Position numbers and translations under genes: made by a program. The notes under the pieces are model-generated. The model saw nothing but the letters and a program-made list of their open reading frames with translations. It did no database searches and was not told the DNA's origin. Below are positions 8,790 to 17,092 of a stretch of DNA of 32,000 bases, in pieces. Each line of letters opens with the position of its first letter. The first letter of the stretch is position 1. Source of the DNA: an uncultured Emergencia sp. (lineage in GTDB: Bacteria; Bacillota; Clostridia; Peptostreptococcales; Anaerovoracaceae); NCBI GenBank assembly GCA_965146355.1, contig CBCTFZ010000011.1, positions 36,859 to 68,858 of the forward strand, read 5' to 3'.

Positions 8790-9941
8790 ATGAATAAAAA
8801 AGCTACCAACTCAATACTGGGAATTTGTTTTATCGTCATTTTGGCCGGTGTTTTCCTCGCCAATATATTGACTTCAGATAAAAGCTTTTCTGAAGAAGAG
8901 AACCGGGTTTTACAGGAAAAGCCTGTTTTCTCACCTTCCGCTTATATGGACGGGCGTTATGAAACCAAGCTGGAATCCTATGTCAACGACCAGTTCCTAG
9001 GCCGCAATACATTTATCAAGGTCAAAACGGCTTCTGATGTAACCCTTGGCAAACTGGAGTCCAACGGAGTATTCCGCTGCAAAGACGACTATCTGATGGA
9101 GTCAATTACAGCGCCTACAGAGCGCTGGCAGAAAACCACCCTGGCTAGTCTGAAGCAATTTCAGCGCCAATATAAGAAACTGAAGATGTACTTCATGCTG
9201 GCTCCAAACGCTGCCAATATCCTGCAGGATAAACTTCCTACTTTTGTAAAAACAGAGAATCAAGACCAGTATATCGACAAGTTTTATGAGGAAATCAAGT
9301 CCTACGGCTATACGCCTGTAGATATACGAGAAGCGCTGCGCAGTCATGCAGATGACGAAGACACACAGCTCTATTACAGAACGGACCACCACTGGACCAC
9401 CGACGGCGCCTTTGTCGCCTACAAGGAAGCTGTAAAGACTATGAAGATGGAGGATGAAGTCAGCTACAAACGTTATATCGTAAAAAACGATTTCCGGGGC
9501 ACCCTGGCTTCAAAGAGCGGCTTCACCAACGGTAAGAACGACCCTCTGATACTCTACATGCCCAACAAAGACAAGGACTACAAAAATTCTGTAATTTACT
9601 ACGGCGACACAAAGACCAAGACCACTGAGTTTTACCAGCTGGATAATCTGGATACGAAGGACGCCTACACCGTGTTCGGAGGCAGCAATCATCCAATCTA
9701 CACCATCAAAACGCCTACTGAAAACTCAGAAAAGCTGCTGCTGGTTAAGGATTCCTACGCCAACAGCATGATTCCATTCCTATCGCAGAATTTTAGAGAA
9801 ATCGTTGTGGTAGATCCCCGCTATTTCTTCGATAACATCGACGATATCATCAAAGCGGAAGGCGTCACACAAGTACTGTTCCTATATAATGCGAACACTT
9901 TCTTTGGGGATAATTCTCTGGAAATGATGCTGACCGCATAA
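8790..9941 (+). CDS. DHHW-family protein (AlgJ/AlgX-like extracytoplasmic acyltransferase candidate)
   Basis: The YYRTDHHWTTDGAF motif is present. An N-terminal TM helix follows MNKKATN. A strong RBS (GAAGGAG) lies about 8 nt upstream of the ATG at 8790. The ORF track start at 8466 adds 108 low-complexity residues that cross the repeat array, and I judge that extension unlikely. Confidence 0.8.
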   Translation: MNKKATNSILGICFIVILAGVFLANILTSDKSFSEEENRVLQEKPVFSPSAYMDGRYETKLESYVNDQFLGRNTFIKVKTASDVTLGKLESNGVFRCKDDYLMESITAPTERWQKTTLASLKQFQRQYKKLKMYFMLAPNAANILQDKLPTFVKTENQDQYIDKFYEEIKSYGYTPVDIREALRSHADDEDTQLYYRTDHHWTTDGAFVAYKEAVKTMKMEDEVSYKRYIVKNDFRGTLASKSGFTNGKNDPLILYMPNKDKDYKNSVIYYGDTKTKTTEFYQLDNLDTKDAYTVFGGSNHPIYTIKTPTENSEKLLLVKDSYANSMIPFLSQNFREIVVVDPRYFFDNIDDIIKAEGVTQVLFLYNANTFFGDNSLEMMLTA

Positions 9942-9964
9942 AACATAAATAACCGTCAAAGATA

Positions 9965-10012
9965 AAAACCGGCCTGTAACAAAAGGGGATTCCCCTTCTC
10001 AGGTCGGTTTTT
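9965..10012. terminator. Bidirectional terminator between convergent genes
   Basis: AAAAACCGGCCTG (9965-9977) pairs with CAGGTCGGTTTTT (10000-10012) with one mismatch. An inner AAGGGGA/TCCCCTT stem is present. An A-run and a T-run flank it. Confidence 0.6.
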
Positions 10013-10017
10013 GATTG

Positions 10018-11598
10018 TTATGACTGGAAAGCGGCCGCTTTGTAAGTAATCCTGCCTCCTGTCATAGTCAAAAGAACGCTGGTAGTTCTAATCTCTTCCG
10101 GCGGAATCGCCAGGATATCTTTATCCAGCACCACTAAATCCGCGTATTTTCCCACAGTCAAGGTTCCTTTGACAGCCTCGGTGCGGGAAGCATAGGCTCC
10201 CTCTTCCGTAAAACACCGCAAGGCCTCAAGGGCAGTCAGACCATTTTCCGGGTGCCAGCACTTTCCTCTTTCCGGGTCTTTTCTGGTAACTGCGTAATAA
10301 ATATTGGAAAGTACGTCGAAATGCTCTACAGGGCAGTCGGAACCACCGCACTGGTGTACGCCCAGTTTGGCAAAGCGCCGCCAGTTATAGCTGGAAGCGG
10401 CCAGCTCCTCGCCAACGCATTCTTCAACAATATGCATATCGTACCGGACAAAAACCGGCTGAATATAGGCCAGCAGATTCAGCTTCCGGAACCAGTCCTG
10501 CTGCTCCTTGCTCATAATCTGGCAGTGTACGATTCCATGTCTCAAATCTGCCTTCGGGTTCTCGTAGTGAGCTTTGCGAAGAGCTCCCAGTGCCTGCTCC
10601 AAAGCACCGTCGCCGATACAATGTATGGCCGTCTGCATACCGTATGCCTGCGCCATAGAAACCATGGTCTCAAGTTCTTCGTCTGTATAGTTATAAATAC
10701 CCTTGGTCTCAGGTGCGTTTCTGTAAGCCTTGAGCATGGCGGCCGTATGAGCGCCCATGGAACCATCGGTGATGATCTTCAGAGGTCCCACTCTGAAAAA
10801 GCCGTAATCGTCGCCGGTACGATGGCCCCTGTCCAGAAAAGACTGCAGCTGACTTGCTGTTTCCAGATTGCACTGCTCATATATCCGGACTTTCAGTCTG
10901 CCTTCTGCGGAAAGCTGTCTGTAGGCCTCCATAATCAGTTCTCCTTGGTCTCCGGGAATCACCGTAAAATCATCGGTATGTACTTCTGTAATCCCCGCCT
11001 TTGCCACATCTTCCGCACCCTCAAGAATCAGTTCCTTTAACTCCTCTATCGTAGGCAGCGGCATGGCCTCAGAAATAGCATTCTGTTCTTGCTCCGAAAC
11101 GATTCCGTCCGGGCAGATTTTCGCCAGTCCAGACAGTTCCAGGGCTTTGGTATTGCAGACAGAGATGTGAAGACAGGCTCGCTGCATAACGATGGGAATC
11201 TCTTTGGAAATCAGGTCCAGCTCTTCTCTGGTAGGAAGCCGCTTCTCTATCCAGTCGTCCTGATTGAAATTTCCCCCATACACCCATTTGCCCCTTTCTG
11301 CTGACCTGGCCTTCTCTCCGCAGAGGGCAAGAGCCTCCTTCAGAGATTTTACATGAGAAAGGTCCAGGTTTCGTTTTCCCATGGCGTAAAAGATAAAATG
11401 CATATGGGAGTCTACAAAACCAGGGGCAGCAAAAGCCCCTGCAAGGTCAATCTTCTCAGTTTCTTCTCCCGCAAGATTTAAAACCTCTTCACCTTCTCCA
11501 AGGGCCGTGATAATTCCGTTCTTTATCCCGACGGCGCTGCAGACAGGATACGCCTTATCCAATGTACAAATATTACCGTTGTAAAATATGGTATCCAA
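10018..11598 (-). CDS. Metal-dependent amidohydrolase (Amidohydro_3 / YtcJ-like)
   Basis: 526 aa with an N-terminal FVDSHMHF metal-binding motif and a C-terminal GTLTVGKYADLVVLD motif typical of the family. It starts 2 nt after the folD stop, so it is probably co-transcribed. Confidence 0.85.
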   Translation of the reverse strand: MDTIFYNGNICTLDKAYPVCSAVGIKNGIITALGEGEEVLNLAGEETEKIDLAGAFAAPGFVDSHMHFIFYAMGKRNLDLSHVKSLKEALALCGEKARSAERGKWVYGGNFNQDDWIEKRLPTREELDLISKEIPIVMQRACLHISVCNTKALELSGLAKICPDGIVSEQEQNAISEAMPLPTIEELKELILEGAEDVAKAGITEVHTDDFTVIPGDQGELIMEAYRQLSAEGRLKVRIYEQCNLETASQLQSFLDRGHRTGDDYGFFRVGPLKIITDGSMGAHTAAMLKAYRNAPETKGIYNYTDEELETMVSMAQAYGMQTAIHCIGDGALEQALGALRKAHYENPKADLRHGIVHCQIMSKEQQDWFRKLNLLAYIQPVFVRYDMHIVEECVGEELAASSYNWRRFAKLGVHQCGGSDCPVEHFDVLSNIYYAVTRKDPERGKCWHPENGLTALEALRCFTEEGAYASRTEAVKGTLTVGKYADLVVLDKDILAIPPEEIRTTSVLLTMTGGRITYKAAAFQS

Positions 11599-11600
11599 AC

Positions 11601-12449
11601 TTATTTCCTTTCAGCCGCGTCAATGAGATGTTTCATCAAAAGGGTGGTGGTTACACTGCCTACGCCGCCGGGTACCGGCGTAATGTTATCAACGATTTGA
11701 CTCACCTCTTCAAATGCAGCGTCACCTACCATCTTTCCTTCTTCGGTAAAATTGATACCCACGTCGATGACTGTCTGACCGGGACTTGTCATCTCGGCTG
11801 TAACCGCCCCCGCTTTCCCTGCGGCAGCCACGATAATATCCGCCTCACGGCACAGCTTTACCAGCTCCTCCTTCGGCGTTTTCGTGTGGCAAATGGTAAC
11901 CGTTGCGTTTCTCTTTAAAAGCATCAAAGCCACCGGTTTTCCAATGACCATGCTTCTGCCGATGACCACGGCCTTCTTTCCCTCAATAGGAATGTTGTAA
12001 TACCTGAGGATTTCCATGCAGCTTTCCGCAGTACAAGGTGCAAAAGCGTCTTTTCCCGTAAAAAATCTGCCCAAGGCGCCGTCTGAAATGCAGTCCAGGT
12101 CCTTTTCCGGCGCGATGGCGTTTCTGACCCGCTCTCCGTCGATGTGAGAAGGAAGAGGCTGCAGCAGCAGAATGCCGTCGATGGATTGGTTCTGATTGAT
12201 AGACTCTATGACCGCAATCAAATCATCTTCATCTATATCCGCAGAACAGATAAACTTCTCCGTCTGCACCCCTACTTTCTTGGCTTTTTTCAGCGCCCCG
12301 TTTTCGTAAGCAATGTCGCTGGGATTTTCCCCGACTCTGACGATGGCAAGGGTCGGCACTACCCCTCTTTCATAAAATGCGGTAAGCCTCTTTGTCAGCT
12401 CCTCGTCGATGGCGTCGGCCACCGCCTTTCCTTTTAATAACTGTTCCAT
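11601..12449 (-). CDS. folD: Bifunctional methylene-THF dehydrogenase / methenyl-THF cyclohydrolase
   Basis: 282 aa with typical FolD sequence (VGENPSDIAYENGALKKA, VVIGRSMVIGKPVALML, PVPGGVGSVTTTLL). Confidence 0.95.
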   Translation of the reverse strand: MEQLLKGKAVADAIDEELTKRLTAFYERGVVPTLAIVRVGENPSDIAYENGALKKAKKVGVQTEKFICSADIDEDDLIAVIESINQNQSIDGILLLQPLPSHIDGERVRNAIAPEKDLDCISDGALGRFFTGKDAFAPCTAESCMEILRYYNIPIEGKKAVVIGRSMVIGKPVALMLLKRNATVTICHTKTPKEELVKLCREADIIVAAAGKAGAVTAEMTSPGQTVIDVGINFTEEGKMVGDAAFEEVSQIVDNITPVPGGVGSVTTTLLMKHLIDAAERK

Positions 12450-12470
12450 GATAGTGTTCTCCTATTTTTT

Positions 12471-13103
12471 CTATTTTCTCAGTCTGCTGTAAACTTCAGC
12501 ATAAATTCGGTCCGCTTCCACGGTATATTCCGTCAGCATTTTGTCTGCCCTGTCGTCCACAGACTTTGCATAAGCTCTGTCAGCCATGGAAGCGGTATTG
12601 ATAAATACGTTGAGAGCCGCCCCCTGCAGCGCCCCTTTGGCAAAGATAACACCGGTCCCCGCATCGCTGACAGCAAGGGCGCTGCCTTTTTCTGCAAATT
12701 CGCCCTGCAGTCTGATAGCCTGGCAGCACTTTTCCATGATATCAAGAGGCACGCTGCAGGCAGCCTTTAAGGCAGCTTCCATGACTCTCTCCTTCTCCGC
12801 CTTCTCTGCTTCGGTTTCCTTGGGCATGCCGTAGGCCACAGCCAGGGGTGCAAAAACCTCCGCGTCCCGCTCTACCAGCTGCAGGAGTTCCTCCTGCAGG
12901 GCTTCTGCCTGCTGTATCAGATTCTTGACATCTTCTTCCACATCTGCGTATTTCTTTTTTCCTACGGTCAGATGACCTACCATGGCGCCCAGGGCCGTTC
13001 CCAGGGCTCCTACCAGGGCAGACGTACCGCCTCCGCCGGGCACCGGCGCTTTGCTGGCTAAAACCTCCGTAAATTCTCTGCAGCTTTTATCTATCCATTG
13101 CAT
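12471..13103 (-). CDS. fchA: Cyclodeaminase/cyclohydrolase-family protein (methenyl-THF cyclohydrolase FchA-like)
   Basis: I place the start at the ATG at 13101-13103 (MQWIDKSCREFTEVLASKAPVPGGGGTSALVGALG...), which has an AGGAGGT RBS at 13111-13117. This gives the expected size of about 210 aa. The longer ORF-track start (13481) runs into the divergent AraC gene and has no RBS. Confidence 0.85.
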   Translation of the reverse strand: MQWIDKSCREFTEVLASKAPVPGGGGTSALVGALGTALGAMVGHLTVGKKKYADVEEDVKNLIQQAEALQEELLQLVERDAEVFAPLAVAYGMPKETEAEKAEKERVMEAALKAACSVPLDIMEKCCQAIRLQGEFAEKGSALAVSDAGTGVIFAKGALQGAALNVFINTASMADRAYAKSVDDRADKMLTEYTVEADRIYAEVYSRLRK

Positions 13104-13277
13104 TTCTGTAACCTCCTGTTTTCTGTCCTTTATTATACGGTACCAAAGTGGATTATGCAAGCAGACTCTTTCCAAGCTTGAAAGAGCCGGCTGCTCCCAA
13201 TTTCCGATTTGATGATATTTTACAAGATTTTTTACGGCAAAAGCGGTACAATAGCTATGAGAAGGGAGAAAAAGACT

Positions 13278-14114
13278 ATGAAGCGAATCGTTTACGACAA
13301 AGAGCTTGGAATCGAGGCCTACATGCTGGAGGATATCGTTCAGACCTTTCCCAACCACTTCCATGATTACTATGTCATAGGGCTGGTCGAGGAAGGCGAG
13401 CGCCATATGTCCTGCAGAAACAGAGAGTATTCCATTGGAAAGGGCGATGTGGTCCTGTTTAATCCGGGAGACAATCACCACTGCATTCAGAGCGACGGCG
13501 GAACCTTTTATTATCGAGCCATAAACATTCCCAAAGAGGTTATGGCAAATATGGCCGAAGAGATAACGGGGAAAAAAGAGCTTCCCGGCTTTTCCTTAAA
13601 CGTCCTTCCGGATGAAGAGATTGTCTGCTACCTCCGCCCGCTTCATCAGATGATTATGGAAGGGTTTTGCGGCATGGGAAAGGAAGAGCTTCTTCTCCTT
13701 CTGATTTCCGCCTTGATACAAAAGTGCGGCGTCCCTTTCCCAAAGGCCATAACAGAATGCCGAGAAGAGGTGGAAAGAGCCTGTCAATTCATCCGCCGCA
13801 ACTTCAGCACCGGAATCTCTCTGGACCAGCTGTGCAGATATACAGGGCTGAGCAAATCCACCTTGCTGCGGGCCTTTACCAGAGAAAAAGGCGTTACCCC
13901 TTACCGCTATCTGGAAGCAATCCGCATCGACCGAGCAAAGGCTCTTTTGGCAGAAGGTATGCATCCCATAGATGCCGCCGCAGAAACCGGGTTTTCGGAC
14001 CAGAGCCATTTTACAAACTATTTCAGCAGCTTCATCGGTCTCTCTCCCGGCGCTTACCGGGAAATTTTCGCAGGCAAATCAGATAAAGAAACAGAAAGGA
14101 ACCCAAAACAATGA
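13278..14114 (+). CDS. AraC-family transcriptional regulator (cupin sensor domain plus HTH)
   Basis: An N-terminal cupin-like HFHDYYVIG...GDNHHC region and C-terminal AraC helix-turn-helix signatures (ISLDQLCRYTGLSKSTLLRAF, GFSDQSHFTNYFSSFIGLSPGAYR). I chose the ATG at 13278 because of the GGGAGA RBS; the ORF-track start at 13209 is possible but less likely. Confidence 0.85.
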   Translation: MKRIVYDKELGIEAYMLEDIVQTFPNHFHDYYVIGLVEEGERHMSCRNREYSIGKGDVVLFNPGDNHHCIQSDGGTFYYRAINIPKEVMANMAEEITGKKELPGFSLNVLPDEEIVCYLRPLHQMIMEGFCGMGKEELLLLLISALIQKCGVPFPKAITECREEVERACQFIRRNFSTGISLDQLCRYTGLSKSTLLRAFTREKGVTPYRYLEAIRIDRAKALLAEGMHPIDAAAETGFSDQSHFTNYFSSFIGLSPGAYREIFAGKSDKETERNPKQ

Positions 14115-14533
14115 ATCTACAAGAAGAAAAATGTGTAATGATAATCGACGAACAGCTGCCCCTTGGCCTCATAGCTAATACTGCCGCCATTTTAGGCATT
14201 ACCCTGGGAAAGACCATGCCGGAGGTAGTGGGCACCGATGTTATCGACGGGACAGGCCATGAACATCTGGGAATTATCGAGTTTCCCGTACCGATTTTAA
14301 AAGGTAACGCTAAGACGCTGAAAGAACTTCGTGAAAAACTCTATCAGCCGGACTTTGCCAACCTGATTGTGGTGGATTTTTCCAATCTGGCGCAGAGCTG
14401 CAAAACCTATCAGGAGTTTTGCGAAAAGATGGCCAAGGTACCCGAATCCTATCTGAGTTATTTCGGAATCGCCATCTGCGGCCCTAAAAAAACAGTGAAC
14501 AAGCTGACCGGCAGCATTCCGCTCCTTCGCTGA
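14111..14533 (+). CDS. DUF2000-like small protein
   Basis: 140 aa. From recall, it resembles the DUF2000 family (KCVMIIDEQLPLGLIANTAAILGITLG). Its start overlaps the AraC stop (ATGA). Confidence 0.65.
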   Translation: MNLQEEKCVMIIDEQLPLGLIANTAAILGITLGKTMPEVVGTDVIDGTGHEHLGIIEFPVPILKGNAKTLKELREKLYQPDFANLIVVDFSNLAQSCKTYQEFCEKMAKVPESYLSYFGIAICGPKKTVNKLTGSIPLLR

Positions 14534-14537
14534 AATA

Positions 14538-14579
14538 AAAGACCATGGCGCGCAAAATACCTGCAAGGCCATGGTCTTT
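14538..14579. terminator. Bidirectional terminator shared by the DUF2000 gene (+) and the pilus operon (-)
   Basis: A perfect 12-bp stem: AAAGACCATGGC (14538-14549) pairs with GCCATGGTCTTT (14568-14579). It is A/T-rich on both flanks and lies between convergent genes. Confidence 0.7.
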
Positions 14580-14583
14580 ATCT

Positions 14584-15297
14584 TTATTTGCGTCTCTTCA
14601 CCAGAATCACAATACCGCCTGCTGCAAAGAGCAGTATTACGGTAAAAATCAGGAGAGGAGCGTCGTCTCCGGTAATCGGAAACAACGGGTTTTCCGGCGT
14701 TTCAGGCTGGCTCGGCTGTTCTGGCTCTATCGGTTTATCCGGCTCTTTTGGATTGTCCGGCGTATCCGGTTCCTCCGGCTCATCGGGCACAGGCTGCAGC
14801 GGCTCCATCTTCGGCGTAGCGTCTACACGCTCGCCGTACCGCACCGTGACGAGAAACGGACTAACGGCGTAGTAGCCTTCGCAGGCCTGGGTCTGAACGA
14901 TGAGATAAAGACCGTCGGCCAGTCCGCTAAAGGTCAGGATTCCCGTTTCACCGGCAGTCTGGGTCTGACCCTGCAGCTGCTTGTTTTGGGCGTAGTCCCA
15001 AAGGTCTGCAGCCAGATTTGGAGAGGTCAGGTTTGTCAGCGCAAGACCGCTCTGCTGAAAATCCGCGGTGAGAACATAACTGCTTCCCGAAGGTCGACCC
15101 ACCTGGTACAGACTCATGGCTCCCCCGCTGACCGCTTCGCCGGTTTCCGGATTGCGCAGTGTAACGGAAATAGAGCCGTTTCCTGCAGCGCTTTGGGCAG
15201 TAACAGGCGCTGCCGACATGGCTGTCATCAAAGCCGCCAGCAGCAGAAGGCAGAAAATCTGCCGTATTCTCGTGTTCAATCCTTTTCCCTTATTCAT
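14584..15297 (-). CDS. Small sortase-anchored pilin, probably the basal (cell-wall anchoring) subunit
   Basis: Start taken at the ATG at 15295-15297 (MNKGKGLNTRIRQIFCLLLLAALMTAMSAAPVTAQS, a signal peptide). One Cna-B/SpaA-like fold (GLYLIVQTQACEGY) is followed by a proline-rich tail of about 40 aa. The C-terminal sorting signal is FPITGD plus a TM helix plus KRRK. The start overlaps the sortase stop (ATGA). Confidence 0.75.
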   Translation of the reverse strand: MNKGKGLNTRIRQIFCLLLLAALMTAMSAAPVTAQSAAGNGSISVTLRNPETGEAVSGGAMSLYQVGRPSGSSYVLTADFQQSGLALTNLTSPNLAADLWDYAQNKQLQGQTQTAGETGILTFSGLADGLYLIVQTQACEGYYAVSPFLVTVRYGERVDATPKMEPLQPVPDEPEEPDTPDNPKEPDKPIEPEQPSQPETPENPLFPITGDDAPLLIFTVILLFAAGGIVILVKRRK

Positions 15298-16115
15298 TTG
15301 CTTTTGTTCCTCTCTTTGTTTTTTCTCCTGCGCAGCAGGACGGTACAGAAGGCCGCGGCCAGCAGCAAGACGGCCATGACGGTCAGTCGATAAATCCACT
15401 GTTTCAGCGGGTCTGTTTCTACAGATTGGTTTGGTGTTTCAATCCTGCGCCCCGTCACCAGGAGCCGGTGGGAATTGATTCCGTAAGGCGTACAGGTTAC
15501 GATGGTGCAGAGGTCTTCGTCCGGCCTGATTTTCAGGCTTTCCGTTTCTTTCGGCAGAACAGTTTTGATTTCATTCACCTGATAGGTCAGTGTTTTATCC
15601 AGGACATAGATGGTAAAGGTGTCCCCGATTTCCACCTGGTCAAGGTCGGTGAACAGTCTGGCGCTGGGAAGACCGCGATGGCCGGATATCACGCTGTGAC
15701 TGCCTTTCCCTCCTACGGGCAGGGAGCTTCCTTCTATGTGCCCTGCCGCCCAGCGAAGCACGTTTTCTTCCGTGCCGTGGCAGATGGGCAGGGTACAGTC
15801 TATGCGGGGGATATGAATGTATCCCATGATGCCCTGACCGGTGATGGAAAGCTGCGCTTCATACTCTCCGGCTTCCTTTTTGGAAAGCGTCCAGCTCTGT
15901 CCCTGTTCCTTCAGTTTTTGGTTATATGCTGCGGCCTGGGCCCATGCCTTCTCCCGGTCGGCGGAAGTCATCGCGTCCACGGCCTCCTGATAATCGTGAA
16001 TGGCTTTGCTCTGGGTAAATCCGTTTCCAAAATTCCGTATACTGGGATATAGCGCAGTCAGCAGGCCTCCTGTCACCAGCAGAAAAGCCGCAGCCTTAAG
16101 CATCCTTTTTTTCAT
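15294..16115 (-). CDS. Class C (pilus-type) sortase lacking an obvious DP[FWY] lid motif
   Basis: N-terminal anchor, a conserved His (VISGHRGLP), the catalytic TIVTCTPYGINSHRLLVTGRR motif (TLxTC and Arg), and the C-terminal TM helix typical of class C sortases. Confidence 0.9.
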   Translation of the reverse strand: MKKRMLKAAAFLLVTGGLLTALYPSIRNFGNGFTQSKAIHDYQEAVDAMTSADREKAWAQAAAYNQKLKEQGQSWTLSKKEAGEYEAQLSITGQGIMGYIHIPRIDCTLPICHGTEENVLRWAAGHIEGSSLPVGGKGSHSVISGHRGLPSARLFTDLDQVEIGDTFTIYVLDKTLTYQVNEIKTVLPKETESLKIRPDEDLCTIVTCTPYGINSHRLLVTGRRIETPNQSVETDPLKQWIYRLTVMAVLLLAAAFCTVLLRRRKNKERNKSK

Positions 16116-16983
16116 GGTTCCTCTTTATTTTCTTTTTGTACAGAGCAATCAGCAGATAGCCTGCGGCCAGCAGAGCCAGGCCAATGAGAATACCTTTGTA
16201 GTACAGGTGGATATTCAGTCCCAAAAGCTGCAGGTTGGCCGCGCTCCCCGTTTCTTCCGGCGGAATATAGTCGGTTCTGACGCCTCTCACCAGCAGTCTG
16301 TGTGTATTTACCGCATAAGGCGTGCAGGTAACCAAGGTCACGTAGTCTTTCCCCTTGACCGTCACCAAATCCTCCAGCTCTTTCGGCTCTACGGTTTTTA
16401 TCTGGTCCACCTGATAGGCCAGTATCTGATCCAGCACGTGAATGTAGAAATAGTCGCCCTTTTTTAGCTTGTCCAGATTGGTAAAGAGCTCCGCGCTGGG
16501 AAGTCCCCTGTGGCCTGTCAGTACGGCGTGTCGATAGGTACCGCCGATGGGCAGCGAAGTGGATTCGATGTGGCCGACGCCCTTTTCCAGAACTTCTTCA
16601 CTGGTGCCGTGATAGATAGGCAGGTAGACAGAAATTTTCGGTATTTCTATATATGCCATGACGCCGCCCAGGTTCAGCACGTCCAAATAGTTTTCCGGCA
16701 GAGCATAGCCGCTGCCGGGAACAAACGGGTCATGAACGGGGTCTCCCGCTAGGTTTTCGTTGTACTCTTCAGCTTTTTCCCACTCTGCGGCAATCCGGGC
16801 TTCGTCAGCTTCCCCCAGGACGTCTTCATAAGTCTGAATGACCTGAGCCTGATTTTTTTCTGCCAGATAGTTGCTGGCTGTGGGATAAAAGAATACGGCT
16901 GCCCCCAGCAGGAACAGAAGCCCCGCCGCCAGAGGCGCAGGCCGTTTTTTCTCTCTGAAGCTGTGGGTTTTCTGCTTTTTCAT
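16096..16983 (-). CDS. Class C (pilus-type) sortase with a canonical lid
   Basis: Start taken at the ATG at 16981-16983 (MKKQKTHSFREKKRPAPLAAGLLFLLGAAVFFYP). Lid motif DPF (GDPVHDPFVPG), LTGHRGLP, the catalytic TLVTCTPYAVNTHRLLVRG motif and a C-terminal TM helix are present. The ORF-track start at 17121 overlaps the pilin gene and is unlikely. Confidence 0.9.
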   Translation of the reverse strand: MKKQKTHSFREKKRPAPLAAGLLFLLGAAVFFYPTASNYLAEKNQAQVIQTYEDVLGEADEARIAAEWEKAEEYNENLAGDPVHDPFVPGSGYALPENYLDVLNLGGVMAYIEIPKISVYLPIYHGTSEEVLEKGVGHIESTSLPIGGTYRHAVLTGHRGLPSAELFTNLDKLKKGDYFYIHVLDQILAYQVDQIKTVEPKELEDLVTVKGKDYVTLVTCTPYAVNTHRLLVRGVRTDYIPPEETGSAANLQLLGLNIHLYYKGILIGLALLAAGYLLIALYKKKIKRNHEKKDA

Positions 16984-17011
16984 CGCTGTATCTTTCTTTT
17001 GCGGCGCGAAA

Positions 17012-17070
17012 GGCAGAGCAAAGGACAGAAATGACCCTGTCCTTTGCTCTGCCGGCGAGGATACCTCGCC
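17012..17070 (-). promoter_or_regulatory. Tandem stem-loops between the backbone pilin and sortase genes (candidate partial terminator or mRNA processing/stability element)
   Basis: A perfect 17-bp stem: GGCAGAGCAAAGGACAG (17012-17028) pairs with CTGTCCTTTGCTCTGCC (17037-17053). A second hairpin GGCGAGG/CCTCGCC sits at 17054-17070. Only a short T-tract (TTT) follows on the transcribed strand. Confidence 0.5.
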
Positions 17071-17092
17071 GGCGCCCGTCATGATGTGTATA

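Noticed and set aside
9373-9595. ATTACAGAA (9373-9381) and TTCTGTAAT (9587-9595) inside the DHHW gene. These are exact matches to the switch arm sequence in inverted orientation, suggesting a second inverton.
   Set aside because: Each is only a lone half-site. No partner arm lies at the required 6-bp spacing on either copy. The pair sits inside a well-conserved coding region, where inversion would destroy the gene. They are most likely chance AT-rich 9-mers. Read mapping would settle it.
13164-13184. The hairpin CTCTTTC-N7-GAAAGAG between fchA and the AraC gene as an operator.
   Set aside because: It is a single short 7-bp palindrome in a divergent promoter region, with no second copy and no recognisable regulator motif. 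That is not enough evidence to call it a feature.
13104-13481. A 126-codon N-terminal extension of the fchA ORF (ORF-track start at 13481).
   Set aside because: The extension overlaps the divergent AraC gene and its promoter region and has no RBS. The ATG at 13103 has an AGGAGGT RBS and gives the normal family size of about 210 aa. The same reasoning applies to the extensions at 15298-15399 (basal pilin) and 16984-17121 (sortase).
14680-14810. An apparent DNA repeat in the basal pilin gene (recurring CCGG/CTC/GGC patterns) as a slipped-strand phase-variation tract.
   Set aside because: It encodes the Pro/Glu/Asp-rich linker (PVPDEPEEPDTPDNPKEPDKPIEPEQP). The nucleotide units are imperfect and there is no homopolymer or perfect short tandem repeat that would shift the frame.
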